From Octopus sinensis (Eukaryota), in contig NC_043019.1 of NCBI RefSeq assembly GCF_006345805.1, positions 31,185,360-31,249,359 of the forward strand: 64,000 bases of DNA. The letters are read 5' to 3'. The notes beneath the pieces are model-generated. The model saw only the letters and a program-made list of their open reading frames with translations, had not been told where the DNA came from and made no database searches. This document shows, one piece after another, positions 14,037 through 25,368 of this stretch. Both the position numbers and the translations under genes were made by a program. Position 1 is the first letter of the stretch, and the number at the start of each line of letters is the position of its first letter.

Positions 14037-15846
14037 AAAGACATCCCCATTACAAGAGGAATATTCCAGGGAGATACGCTCTCTCCACTCCTTTTCTGCT
14101 TGGCACTGTCACCTCTATCTGATATGCTAAATAGAACTGGATGCGGATATAAATGTTACGGCAAAACGATCAGCCACCTTTTATATATGGATGACCTAAA
14201 ACTATACGCTGCAAATGACAAACAGCTGGAATCACTATTAAAGACAGTTCATGGATTTACCAAAGAAATAGATATGAAATTTGGATTAGAAAAATGCGCC
14301 AAAGTAACCATGAAAAGAGGAAAACTAGTTAAGAGTAACAACATCACACTAGATGAAGCAAATGAAATAAGAGAATTAGACCAAAGCCAAACTTACAAAT
14401 ACTTAGGAATCCATGAACTAGATAAGACACAACACACACAAATGAAAGAGAAAATAAAAAAAGAATATTATAGACGAGTTAGATCAATACTAAACACAGA
14501 GCTCAATGCTAAAAACAAGATAATAGGTATCAACACTTTAGCTGTCCCAGTTATAAGTTACAGCTACAATATCCTTAACTGGACACGAAATGAACTGACC
14601 AAAATAGACAGGAGAACAAGAAAAATAATGACAGGATCTAGGATGCATCACCCAAAATCTGACATAGAAAGACTATATATACAACGTATAGAAGGTGGTA
14701 GAGGCCTTATACAGCTGGAAAACTACTATAAAATAACCACCATAGGACTGCAAAAATATCTACTTCAGAAGGAAGGAAAACTGATCCAGATAGCGGCAAA
14801 ACACAAGCAAAACAAAAAACTGTTCTCAGTATTTAAGGAAGCTGACAAATACAAACAAGAAATCATACCACCTAATAAACATGAAGAAGAAGAAGAAGAA
14901 GAAGATGAAGAAACAACAAAAGCTATAAAAAAAATGAAATCCAAACTAAAAATAGAACAGCAACGAACCATGATAAAACGATGGCAAGAAAAGCCCCTTC
15001 ATGGTAAATACTGGACTAAACTAAACGCAAAAGAAATAGACAAAGAAAAATCCCAGCAATGGTTGAGAAGCTCAGAACTCAAAGCAGAAACAGAGGGATT
15101 TTTAATTGCAGCACAAGACCAAAGCCTCCCCACCAGAAATTACCAAAAACATGTAATGAAAAGAAATATTACAAGTAACTGCAGAATATGTGGAGATGGA
15201 CAAGAAACAATAAATCATATTATCTCTAGCTGCCCAGTCTTGGCTAAGAAGGAATATATTCACAGACATGACAGAGTTGGAACCTACATACATTGGAAGC
15301 TATGCCAACATTATGGAATAACAACAGAAAAAAGATGGTATAGGCACACACCAGAAAAGGTCACAGAAAACGAGAAAGCAACCATACTCTGGGATATGCC
15401 GATACACACAGATAGAGAAATTAAGGTCAACAGACCAGATATAGTTGTCAGAGACCATGAAGAAAAAAAATGCTTTCTAATTGATGTATCAGTACCGGCA
15501 GATGACAACGTGTCTCTAAAAGAAATGGAGAAACTCTCAAAATACAAAGACCTGGAAATAGAGGTAACTAGAATGTGGAATCTGAAAACAGAAACAATTC
15601 CTATCATAGTAGGTGCATTAGGCATGATAAAAAAATATTCAGACAAATACATAACAAAAACACCAGGACTTACAAACACACAGAAAATTGCACTACTAGG
15701 CACTGCACACATCCTACGCAGAACACTTTCCATACAATAACCATCAGAGCATCACAACAAATCACAGCACATACCCAAGGCACACAGAGCTGCGCTCGGT
15801 AGTGAAGTGAAAGCACGCTATAAAAATAAAAATAAAACTACTGAAT
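14037..15846 (+). mobile_element. Dong/R4-clade non-LTR retrotransposon (RT + CCHC + restriction-like endonuclease), 5'-truncated, in (AAT)n
   Basis: The open frame 14040-15740 contains RGIFQGDTLSPLLF, LLYMDDLKLY, YKYLGI, CRICGDGQETINHIISSC, RHD and RPDIVV...LIDVSVP...EKLSKY. A 3' UTR ends in ctactg(aat)n, and (AAT)n lies on both sides. Confidence 0.92.
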
Positions 15847-15862
15847 AATAATAATAATAGTG

Positions 15863-15956
<94 letters not shown>

Positions 15957-15972
15957 CAACAATAATGATGAT

Positions 15973-16306
15973 AATGTTCTCTAAAATAAATAGAGACACT
16001 CTCAAAATCCAAAGATCTAGAAATAAAGATAATCTGAATGTGGAGCCTAAAATCAGAAACAGTCCCTATAATAATAGGTGCATTAGGTATGATTGAAAAA
16101 CTTACAGGCAAATACATAACCGAAACATGAGGGCTTATGTGTATATATAACATACAGAAAATAACACTACTAGGCACTGCACACATCCTACATAAAGTAT
16201 TTTCCATACAGTGAAAATAAGAGCACCACAACAAACTACAGCACATACCCAAGGCCCGCAGAGCTGTGTTCAGTTGTACAGTCAAAGCATGTGATAAAGA
16301 TAAGAC

Positions 16307-16308
<2 letters not shown>
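15973..16308 (+). mobile_element. Older, diverged Dong/R4 3' fragment
   Basis: Homologous to 15520-15845 with stops and indels; flanked by (AAT)n. Confidence 0.85.
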
Positions 16309-16364
<56 letters not shown>

Positions 16365-16683
16365 GTTTCAAATTTTGTTACAAGGCTAGCAACTTTTGGG
16401 AAAGGGGTAAATGGACATCACCAATCTAGTGCTTGACTGTCTACCAAATCAACTCACATGACATTAGCCAGCGCAGGCTACAGACTATAGCAGAAGACAC
16501 TTATCTAAGGTACCACACAATGGGACCAAACCTGAAACCATATGATTGCGAAGCAAGCTTCTTAATCGCACAGTCGAGCCTGCATCTAGATACTATTAAT
16601 GTGATAACACATCAGAGAATATAAAAATTCTAAACTTTGAAAGATTTTCACAAAACAGACTCTCACTCCTTAATACTGTGCAT

Positions 16684-17085
16684 ACTCTTTACTCTTTTAC
16701 TTGTTTCAGTCATTTGACTGTGGCCATGCTGGAACACCACCTTTAATCGAGCAACTCGACACCGGGACTTATTCTTTTGTAAGCCCAGTACGTATTCTAT
16801 CGGTCTCTTTTGCCGAACCGCTAAGTAACGGGGACATAAACACACCAGCATCGGTTGTCAAGCAATGCTAGGGGGACAAACACAGACATACAAACACACA
16901 CACGCATATATATACATATATACGATTGGCTTCTTTCAGTTTCCGTCTACCAAATCCACTCACAAGGCTTTGGTCAGCCCGAGGCTATAGTAGAAGACAC
17001 TTGCCCAAGGTGCCACGCAGTGGGACTGAACCCGGAACCATGTGGTTGGTAAACAAGCTACTTACCACACAGCCACTCCTGCGCC
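16684..17085 (-). mobile_element. SINE family B, full length
   Basis: The minus strand runs from ggcgcaggagtggctgtgtggtaag to gactgaaacaagtaaaagagtaaagagt. Confidence 0.9.
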
Positions 17086-17096
17086 TATAAAGGTAA

Positions 17097-17215
17097 TGCT
17101 TACTGCACCTAGGTTTCCCAAGCGGTCACCCATCTAAGTACTAACTAGGCTCGATTTTGCTTAACTCCGTTGATCGAACGATAACCGGTGCTTTCAACGT
17201 GATATGGCCGTAAGC
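17097..17215 (-). rRNA. Dispersed 5S rRNA copy (119 nt), probably a pseudogene/orphon
   Basis: The reverse complement reads GCTTACGGCCATATCACGTTGAAAGCACCGGTTATCGTTCGATCAACGGAGTTAAGCAAAATCGAGCCTAGTTAGTACTTAGATGGGTGACCGCTTGGGAAACCTAGGTGCAGTAAGCA. Helix I and the A/C boxes are recognisable. There are several non-consensus substitutions and no T4 terminator. Confidence 0.93.
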
Positions 17216-17801
17216 ATGCTATATTCTGCCATGTTCTAACTAAATTACCAATAATAAAACAATTATTTATCTAATTGGAATTTTGTACACCTACACAGTT
17301 TTGTCATTTAATTGTTCTGCTGCCAACCAAGGTGTTGTATAAGACTGACATTAGTTGCTGATGGTAGCAAATTTGCATTTTGAATGAGAAAGCCAATGAC
17401 TGTCCGCATAAAAATTTAATAACTGAAGATTGATTAATTGCTTTTAATTATAATTCAATCACAGTAAAACTGCAGGTATCAAAACGGACAAAGTTTAAAT
17501 AAGTATATTCCAAGTTGATTCCAGATTTTGGCACAAGAACAGCAATTTTGGAAAGGGTTTGATTTGAATACATCAGCCCTAGTGCTTGAGTGGTAAGTAT
17601 TTTATCAACCCTGAAATGATGAAAAGCAAAGTGAATCTCAGCAGAATTTGAACCCAGAATGTAAAGACAGATGAAATGCCATTAAGCATTTTGCCTGATG
17701 TGCTAATGTCTCTACCAGCTTGCCATGTTAGTGTGTTCCAAATAGAAAAGTATAGAACTGCTGTTGTTCTTGTTCTTTTCTAACCCCAGGTGAGCTTTTA
17801 A

Positions 17802-18418
17802 CTCTTTTGCATTTAATCTGGCCCAATCCAGATCAAATATTCTACCTGTTTTATGTTCAAACTAGTCAGATCTGGCCTCACACTCCGATTTTACAATCAT
17901 CATCATCACCATCATCGTTTAACGTCCGCTTTCCATGCTAGCATGGGTTGAATGATTTGACTGAGGACTGGCAAACCAGATGGCTGCACCAAGCTCCAGT
18001 CTTGCTCTGGCAGAGTTTCTACAGCTGGATGCCCTTCCTAATGTCAACCACTCCGAGAGTATAGTGGGTGCTTTTACATGCCACCAGCATGGGGGCCGGT
18101 CAGGCGTTACTGGCAACGACCTCACTCAAATCTTTTTACACATGCCACCAGCACAGGTGCCAGTAAGGCAACACTGGTAACGATCACGCTTGAATGGTGC
18201 TTTTACATGCCACCAGCACGGAAGCCAGTTAGCTGCTCTGGCAATGATCATGCTCAGATGGTGCTCTTAGTACCCTACTAGCATGGGGCATAAGTGTATT
18301 ATAAAAATATACAAACACACAATTGAAACGTTGAAGCTACAATATAACGTGTGAATAATTCAAAACAATATGAATTAATAAGCTATACATCTGATGAAGA
18401 ATTCTGAATGCTAAAGGG
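17802..18418. mobile_element. piggyBac-like MITE (TTAA-flanked) interrupted by an RTE 3' fragment
   Basis: TTAA at 17798-17801 and 18419-18422; the termini ctcttttgcatt and aatgctaaaggg are near-inverted. Confidence 0.65.
17900..18295 (-). mobile_element. RTE LINE 3' fragment nested in the MITE
   Basis: (cat)n-cgtttaacgtccgctttccatgctagcatgggttg followed by the 3' UTR repeat array. Confidence 0.8.
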
Positions 18419-18454
18419 TTAAATAATTCCTTTCTGACCATTATTGTAGTTCCA

Positions 18455-18636
18455 TTATAATAATAATAATAATAATAATAATAATTATGATAATGGCAAT
18501 AATAACAATAGTAATGATGATGATAATAATAATAATGATAATAATAATGATAACTATGATAATGATAATAATAACAATGATAATAATAATAATGATAATA
18601 ATAATGATAACTATGATAATGGTAATAATATCAATG

Positions 18637-18688
<52 letters not shown>

Positions 18689-18739
18689 TAATAATAATAA
18701 CAAGAATAATAATAACAATAATAATAATAATAAATAATA

Positions 18740-18776
<37 letters not shown>
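18455..18776. repeat. (AAT)n/(GAT)n array flanked by a short direct repeat
   Basis: aaataattcctttctgaccatt occurs at 18421-18442 and again at 18782-18803. Confidence 0.9.
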
Positions 18777-19162
18777 CCTTTAAATAATTCCTTTCTGACC
18801 ATTCTGTCTTTCTTTCAGACATACTGTAAGAGGAACTATATTATTCTAGCAGCCAATGTAAGAGCAGAGCTCATTAGCCACCAATGGAACTGCAAATGTA
18901 AAACACGAGTTAGCCATAGAGCACACAATGTTTCTAAAAGTTAGCAATGGGATTCCTCGGTCATGAGTGGATGGCCATCATCATGCGTATATGTATGGAT
19001 ATATATATATTATCATTGTCATAATCATTTAATGTTCACTTTTCAATGCTAGCAAGAATCAGATGGGATTTGTCAAGGCAGGTTTTCTGTGGCTAGATAC
19101 CCTTCCTGTTGCCAATCCTTACCTGTTCCAAGCAAACTAATAATATTTTCACCATGAAAATG

Positions 19163-19592
19163 GTGAGCTGGCAGAAACGTTAGCACACCAGGGGAAATGC
19201 TTAGCTGTATTTCGTCTGCCGCTACATTCTGAGTTCAAATTCCGCCAAGGTCAACTTAGTCTTTCATCCTTACGGGGTCGATTAAATAAGTACCAGTTAC
19301 TCACTGGGGTCAATGTAAACAACTTAATCCCTTTGTCTGTCCTTGTTTGTCCCCTCTTTGTTTGTCCCCTTGTGGGCAATAAAGAAATAAGAAATGTTAG
19401 CACAGCAGGTGAAACGCTTAGTGGTATTTCATCTGTCTTTACATTCTGAGTTCAAATTCTGCTGAGGTTAAATTTGTTTTTCATCCTTTTGGGGCCAATA
19501 AATTAAGTGACAGTTGCGTGCTGGAGTCAATCTATCGACTGGTCTCCTTCCAAAAAGTTTCAGGCCGTGTGCCGAAAGTAGAAAAGAATATT
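19163..19592 (+). mobile_element. Two adjacent SINE family A copies with different 3' tails
   Basis: The first ends gtgggcaataaagaaata and the second ends gtagaaaagaata; both share the head and core. Confidence 0.8.
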
Positions 19593-20764
19593 TTTCACCA
19601 TAGCCAGACTTGCTTTTCATGGAGGACTGGAAAAGAACAACATTATTTGTATGATGATGATACTCATTTACAGCCATCACAAGATGAGAAGACAAGGGTA
19701 CACTCAAACACACATGCACTCATGTATGCATGCACACATACGCACACACCTGTGTATGTGTGTGTGAATATGTACACACATTTACATGCAGAATGAAGGA
19801 AAAATAAAGACTGAAGAGATGCAGGCAAATAAAAAAGTAAAGAAAGCAACACTCTTTCAAAGTTTATTTGGGATCTCAAAAAGTGGAATGTCAACCACTC
19901 TATTTCATGGATCTATCATAGGTAGTGCCCTTCCTTACAGAAGAGGTAGTGAGGACTGTAATTTGTATTCAGTGGAGGCACTCAAAATAGTCAGTTGTAA
20001 ATACAGCTTAATTAAACCAACGTAATGAGTTTATTAATTAGTTGTTCTCACTTATTTAGCAAAACATTCTTAAAATTTCGGTCCTAAAGTCCCACATAAT
20101 TAAATTCCCTAGTTATAAATAAGATTAATGCCTGCCTTTTCTTCTAATAGATTCTCCCTCTTCTATCTTAAAATATCTATTATGTAATACATCAAGTACT
20201 CTTTTCCTAACTAAATTTGGTTCAATTTGAATTCATTTTATTATAATTGAATTCACCTTAACTGCATTAAGCTACTTAATATTTATTGGACACACTAAAG
20301 AGGCAGATGATCTATTTGTTTTACATACATTTATTGTACACTCTGTTAACCATCTCCATTCTTTCCCTTCTCTAGTTACTTCAAATTACCGCTCTTCCAC
20401 AGATTCACCAGCAAATAAATATGTTAGACAGCAATAGCCCTCCTAGCACTTTGTTATCACAGAGTAGCATACTCCTGTATTTCATGGCATCTTCACCTCC
20501 CAGGATTGTGAATCTGGCAGGGATTTAATCGATCAAAGTTGGGGATTTGACATGTCTGTTATTTACGATCCCACTTCTATGAAGTATGAATCTAGAAGGA
20601 TTTTGAAATTCTATCACAATGGCTTTTTTTTTTATTTTTAAATTCTAAAGAAAAAGATTGAGGGTTAACTGCTCCATTAATTATTTGACTGATTGATTTA
20701 TTGTGCACACAAGCAATTGTGTAGTAAGGAAACAGGTCCTCGAGCTATTTAAAACATTCATAAC

Positions 20765-20773
20765 AGAGAATCA

Positions 20774-20805
<32 letters not shown>

Positions 20806-21400
20806 TATTGTCATCGTTACCATTGTCGTCATCATCATCAGCAGCAGCATCATCACTATTGTCATTGTTGTTGTCATCATCATTATTATCATCATAAAAA
20901 TCAGCATCACCACCATTGTCATCATCATTATCATCGTTGTTGTTGTCACCATCATCATCATCATCATCATTACCATTGTCATCATGACGATGATTATGAT
21001 GTGGAGGAGGACGAGGGAGATGAAGATGATGATAATGAGGATGAGGATGATGATGATGATGAGGAGGAGGAGAAGGAAGAAGATGGTGAGGAGGATGAAG
21101 AGGAAAATGATGAAGATGATAATAATGATGAGAATGATGATGCTGATTATAATGACAAGGATGATGATGATGAGGAGGAGGAGGATGGAAATGATGATGA
21201 TGATGATGATGATAATGAAGAGAATGATGATGATATTATGATGATGATGATGATGAGGAGGAGGAGGAGGAAGAGGAGGGGAGGAGGAGGGGAGGAGGAT
21301 GGAAATAATAATGATGATGATAATGATGAGAATGACGATGACGATGATGATGAGGAAGAGGAGGAGGATAATGATGATGATGATGATGTTGATGATGATA
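20765..21400. repeat. (CAT)n tract immediately followed by its complement (GAT/GAG)n
   Basis: Strand switch at about 20985. Confidence 0.9.
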
Positions 21401-21471
21401 TATATATATATATACATCCAACCCATGCCTGCATGGCAAGCAGATATACAATATATATATATAGATATACA

Positions 21472-21518
<47 letters not shown>

Positions 21519-21664
21519 CACACGCACTCACTCATATGCTGAGGTTTCATAAACTGCTGCCTACTGACTGCAATGCAACAGAATCCAACAAGATTTAAAT
21601 TTATTACATTAGTTTGAGCGCTGATTTCCTGTGTCTTCCCTTTTAACCTTATTAAGAATATTAA

Positions 21665-21791
21665 CGACGAGGATAATAATGTTAATAATAATAGTAATAA
21701 TAGTAACAACAGCAACAATAATAAGAGAATAACAACAAAAAAAATGATAATCGCAACAATAATAATAACAATAATGATAATAATTATAATG

Positions 21792-21845
<54 letters not shown>

Positions 21846-21855
21846 CAACAACAAC

Positions 21856-21897
<42 letters not shown>

Positions 21898-22000
21898 TAT
21901 GATAATGGCAATAATAACAATGATAATGAGGATGATGATAATGATAATGATAATAATAATAAGTATGATAATGGCAATAATAACAATGTTAATAATAATG

Positions 22001-22095
<95 letters not shown>

Positions 22096-22105
22096 CATAA
22101 TAATG

Positions 22106-22163
<58 letters not shown>
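21665..22163. repeat. (AAT)n array
   Basis: Directly visible. Confidence 0.95.
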
Positions 22164-22164
<1 letters not shown>

Positions 22165-22376
22165 CCTTTCTGCTGTTGGCACAAGGCCTGAAATTTAGAG
22201 CAGGGATAAGTTGATTACATTGACTCCAGTGTGTAACTGGTACTTATGTAATTAACCCTGAAAGGATGAAAGGCAAATTTAAGCTCAGCAGAATTTGAAC
22301 TCAGAACGTAAGGACATCTGAAATACCACTAAGCAGTTTGCCAGGCGTGATAACGATTCTGCCAACTCACCTCCTT
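22164..22376 (-). mobile_element. SINE family A ((ATT)n-tailed)
   Basis: Same head, core and tail as 13229-13448; flanked by (AAT)n. Confidence 0.85.
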
Positions 22377-22383
22377 GATGATG

Positions 22384-22420
<37 letters not shown>

Positions 22421-22423
22421 TAA

Positions 22424-22636
22424 TCCTGTTTACTATGGGCACAAGGCCTGAAATTTGGAGGAGGGGACAAGTTGATTACATTAACCCCCAGTGTTTCATT
22501 GGTACTTACTTTATCAACCCCGAAAGGAAGAACGGCAAAGTCGACCCTGGTGGAATTTGAACACAGAATGTGGAGACAGACAAAATGCTGTCAGGCATTT
22601 TGCCCGGCGTGCTAACAATTCTGCCAGCTTGCTGCC

Positions 22637-22638
<2 letters not shown>
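22424..22638 (-). mobile_element. SINE family A ((ATT)n-tailed)
   Basis: As above; diverged from its neighbours, so an independent insertion. Confidence 0.85.
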
Positions 22639-22689
<51 letters not shown>

Positions 22690-22756
22690 CAAGGGCGGTG
22701 CCCAGCATGGCCTCAGCCGGATGGCTGAAACAAGTAAAAGAGTAAGAGTAAGAGTA

Positions 22757-22972
22757 ATCCTTTCTACTAAAGGCACAAGACCTGAAATTCAGCAGGAGGG
22801 GACTAGTCGATTACATTGACCCCAGTGTTTTGCTGGAACTTAATTTATCAACCCCGAAAGAATGAAAGGCAAATTTGACCTCAGCAGAATTTGAACTCAG
22901 AACGTAGCAATGGGCGAAATATCGCTAAGCATTTCGTCCACTGTGCTAACAATTCTGCCAGCTCACCACCTT
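22757..22972 (-). mobile_element. SINE family A ((ATT)n-tailed)
   Basis: As above; preceded by a family B 3' tail fragment at 22690-22756. Confidence 0.85.
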
Positions 22973-22991
22973 TTAAATAATAGTTATAATA

Positions 22992-23026
<35 letters not shown>

Positions 23027-23129
23027 TGTAAACACAGTAATAACGATGGTCATGATAATAACGATAATAACAATAATTATACAAATGACAATAATAATAA
23101 TAAGAAGAAGAATCACAATAATGATCATG

Positions 23130-23260
23130 ATCCTACATAAAGAATTTTCACTACTGTGAGAATAAGAACACCACAACAAACTACAGTGCATACCCAAGGC
23201 ACACAGAGCTGTGCTCAGTAGTGCAGTGAAAGCATGTGATCAAAAGAAAAAGACTACTGA
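23130..23260 (+). mobile_element. Dong/R4 3'-terminal fragment
   Basis: atcctacataaag...catacccaaggcacacagagctg...actactg(aat)n matches the Dong 3' UTR. Confidence 0.8.
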
Positions 23261-23436
23261 ATAATAATATAATAATAATAATAATGATAATAATGATAAT
23301 AATAATAATAATAATAATATAATAATAATAATAATAATAATATAATAATAATAATAATGATGATGATGATGATGATGATGATATAATAATAATAATATAA
23401 TAATAATAATAATAATAATAATGATGATGATGATAA

Positions 23437-23487
<51 letters not shown>

Positions 23488-23501
23488 TGATGATGATGAT
23501 G

Positions 23502-23535
<34 letters not shown>

Positions 23536-24079
23536 TAATAATAATAATAATGATAATAATAATAATAATGATAATAATAATAATAATGATAATAATCAGT
23601 GCAGCAGCAACAAAAATACAAAATATACAAGTGGAATTCTATGAAGCAGTGTGCAGTTAGTGAATACAATTTCTAGACAAGATGGGAGGATGTTAGAATT
23701 ATAATATTTAATCAAGCACTTGCGTTCGTATACTCCTCATTATTTTTTTGTATTCGTTATGTGTGATGTTTTTTCGGGTGTTTTTTTTCTTCTTGTTTTT
23801 TATTTTTTTGGGGGGTTTTGTTTTCCAATCAAGAATAAGTTAACTGGGTTAGCAAAATTGATTTTCTCACAACTGCTGCTTCCTTATCTTTAACAATTGT
23901 CACGCTGGTGCCTTTTGTCTTAGTGCAAGAGCGGGTGCAGGTACAGCCCTAGTTTGTTAAACAGTTTGCTTGGCAACCACTTGGTGGATTCTGGGTTCTG
24001 TCCCACTGCGTGGTACCTTCGTATGGAAAGTGTTTTCTACCATAGCCAGAGGTCAAACGGAGTTGGTGAATAAAATATG

Positions 24080-24600
24080 GCGACAGTGGTGGTATTAGTG
24101 GTGGTAATAGATAGTGATAGTGGTGTTCGTGGTAATGGTGGTAGTAGCAGCAGTAGAAGTGGGTTCATGGTAGTGGTAGCGGTGGTGGTAATGGTGGTGG
24201 TGGTGGTGGTGATGGTGGAAGTGGTGATGGTATTAGTGGAGGTGATGGTAGTAGTGGTGGTAGTGGTGGTGGTGGCAGTAGTGATGGTAGTAGTAGTTCT
24301 GGTGGGGTAGTGATGGTGGTGGCAGTAGAACTGGTGATAGGGTGGTGGTGGTGGTGGTGGTGGTGGTGGTGGTGGTGGTGGTGGTGGCAGTGGTGGTGGT
24401 GTGGTTGTGGTGGCAGTGGTGGTGGTGGTTTTGACAGGGTGGTGCTGGTGGTGAGTTAATGGTAATATTAGCAGTGACGATACTGGTGGTATAGGTGGTA
24501 GTAGTTGTAGCTGTGGTAGTGATGTTGCTGGTGATGGTGATGGCAGTGATGGTGGTGGGTGGTAGTGGTATGGGAGTGGTGGTAGTGGTGTTGTTGCTAT
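24080..24600. repeat. (GGT)n/(GTA)n tract
   Basis: Directly visible. Confidence 0.9.
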
Positions 24601-25009
24601 CATTGTTGTTCTACTCTCAGCTCAGATTCGTAACAAAAGCCAATTCTAGCCATGTTCATCTGTGCTTTTAAACATAGTTTGTAAGCATTAAATCTCAATC
24701 TGTCTCCCTCTGACCCAATGGATTACAGGATTAATTTAACTGTTCAATAACACTGAGTCTCAAATCCCAGTTGAGTAATTTCCCATTTTGTCTGAGTGTA
24801 TAGTGTTAGATTTGGAAAGGAACTACGACAAGATTATATCATGATACTACAAGAGGATCCGTCCATCTTTTCACCTTCAACCACTATTTCTGGGAGAGTT
24901 GTGGGAGTAGAAACCTCAGGCACCTCCCTCATAGGATCCTGTCAAAAGCATTCATCAGGTTTGGAGTTAGATTTCTAATCTTGACCAACTGAACCTATGG
25001 ATTTTACAC

Positions 25010-25368
25010 TGTGTAACATGATTTTTGTCCTTCGGTAGCAGCTGCTATTTCCTGTTTGCTTACTTCTAGAAAGTATGAAAAATGGCAAATATTTCCTTCA
25101 AACTTTGCTTTTGTTATGATATTTATTCAAACCCCAAAGAAACCCTCTCAACATATGGCTATGATGCTACCCTGCTATTCCTGCCCACTGTGTAACCAAA
25201 TTTTGGTCCTTGTGTAGCAACTGTTATTTTCTATTTGCTTACCCTTAGAAAGTATGAAAAATGGCAAATATTTCCTTCAAATTTTACTTTTGCTACAATA
25301 TTTATTCAAACCTCAAAGAATCCCTTTCAACACATGGCTATGATGCTCCCCTGCAATTCCTGCTCATG
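25010..25368 (+). repeat. Diverged tandem duplication, unit about 178 bp
   Basis: tagaaagtatgaaaaatggcaaatatttccttcaaa and atggctatgatgct occur twice at about 180 bp spacing. Confidence 0.85.

Noticed and set aside
15311-15733. Antisense ORFs over the Dong and RTE copies (also 35439-35726, 40443-40889, 510-773)
   Set aside because: These are shadow frames opposite genuine retrotransposon coding sequence.
19786-20025. 79-aa ORF in unique sequence
   Set aside because: No recognisable motif or convincing splice pair, and the length is compatible with chance.
24951-24959. Isolated CUGAUGA motifs (also near 52067)
   Set aside because: There is no stem II followed by GAAA, so these are not hammerheads.
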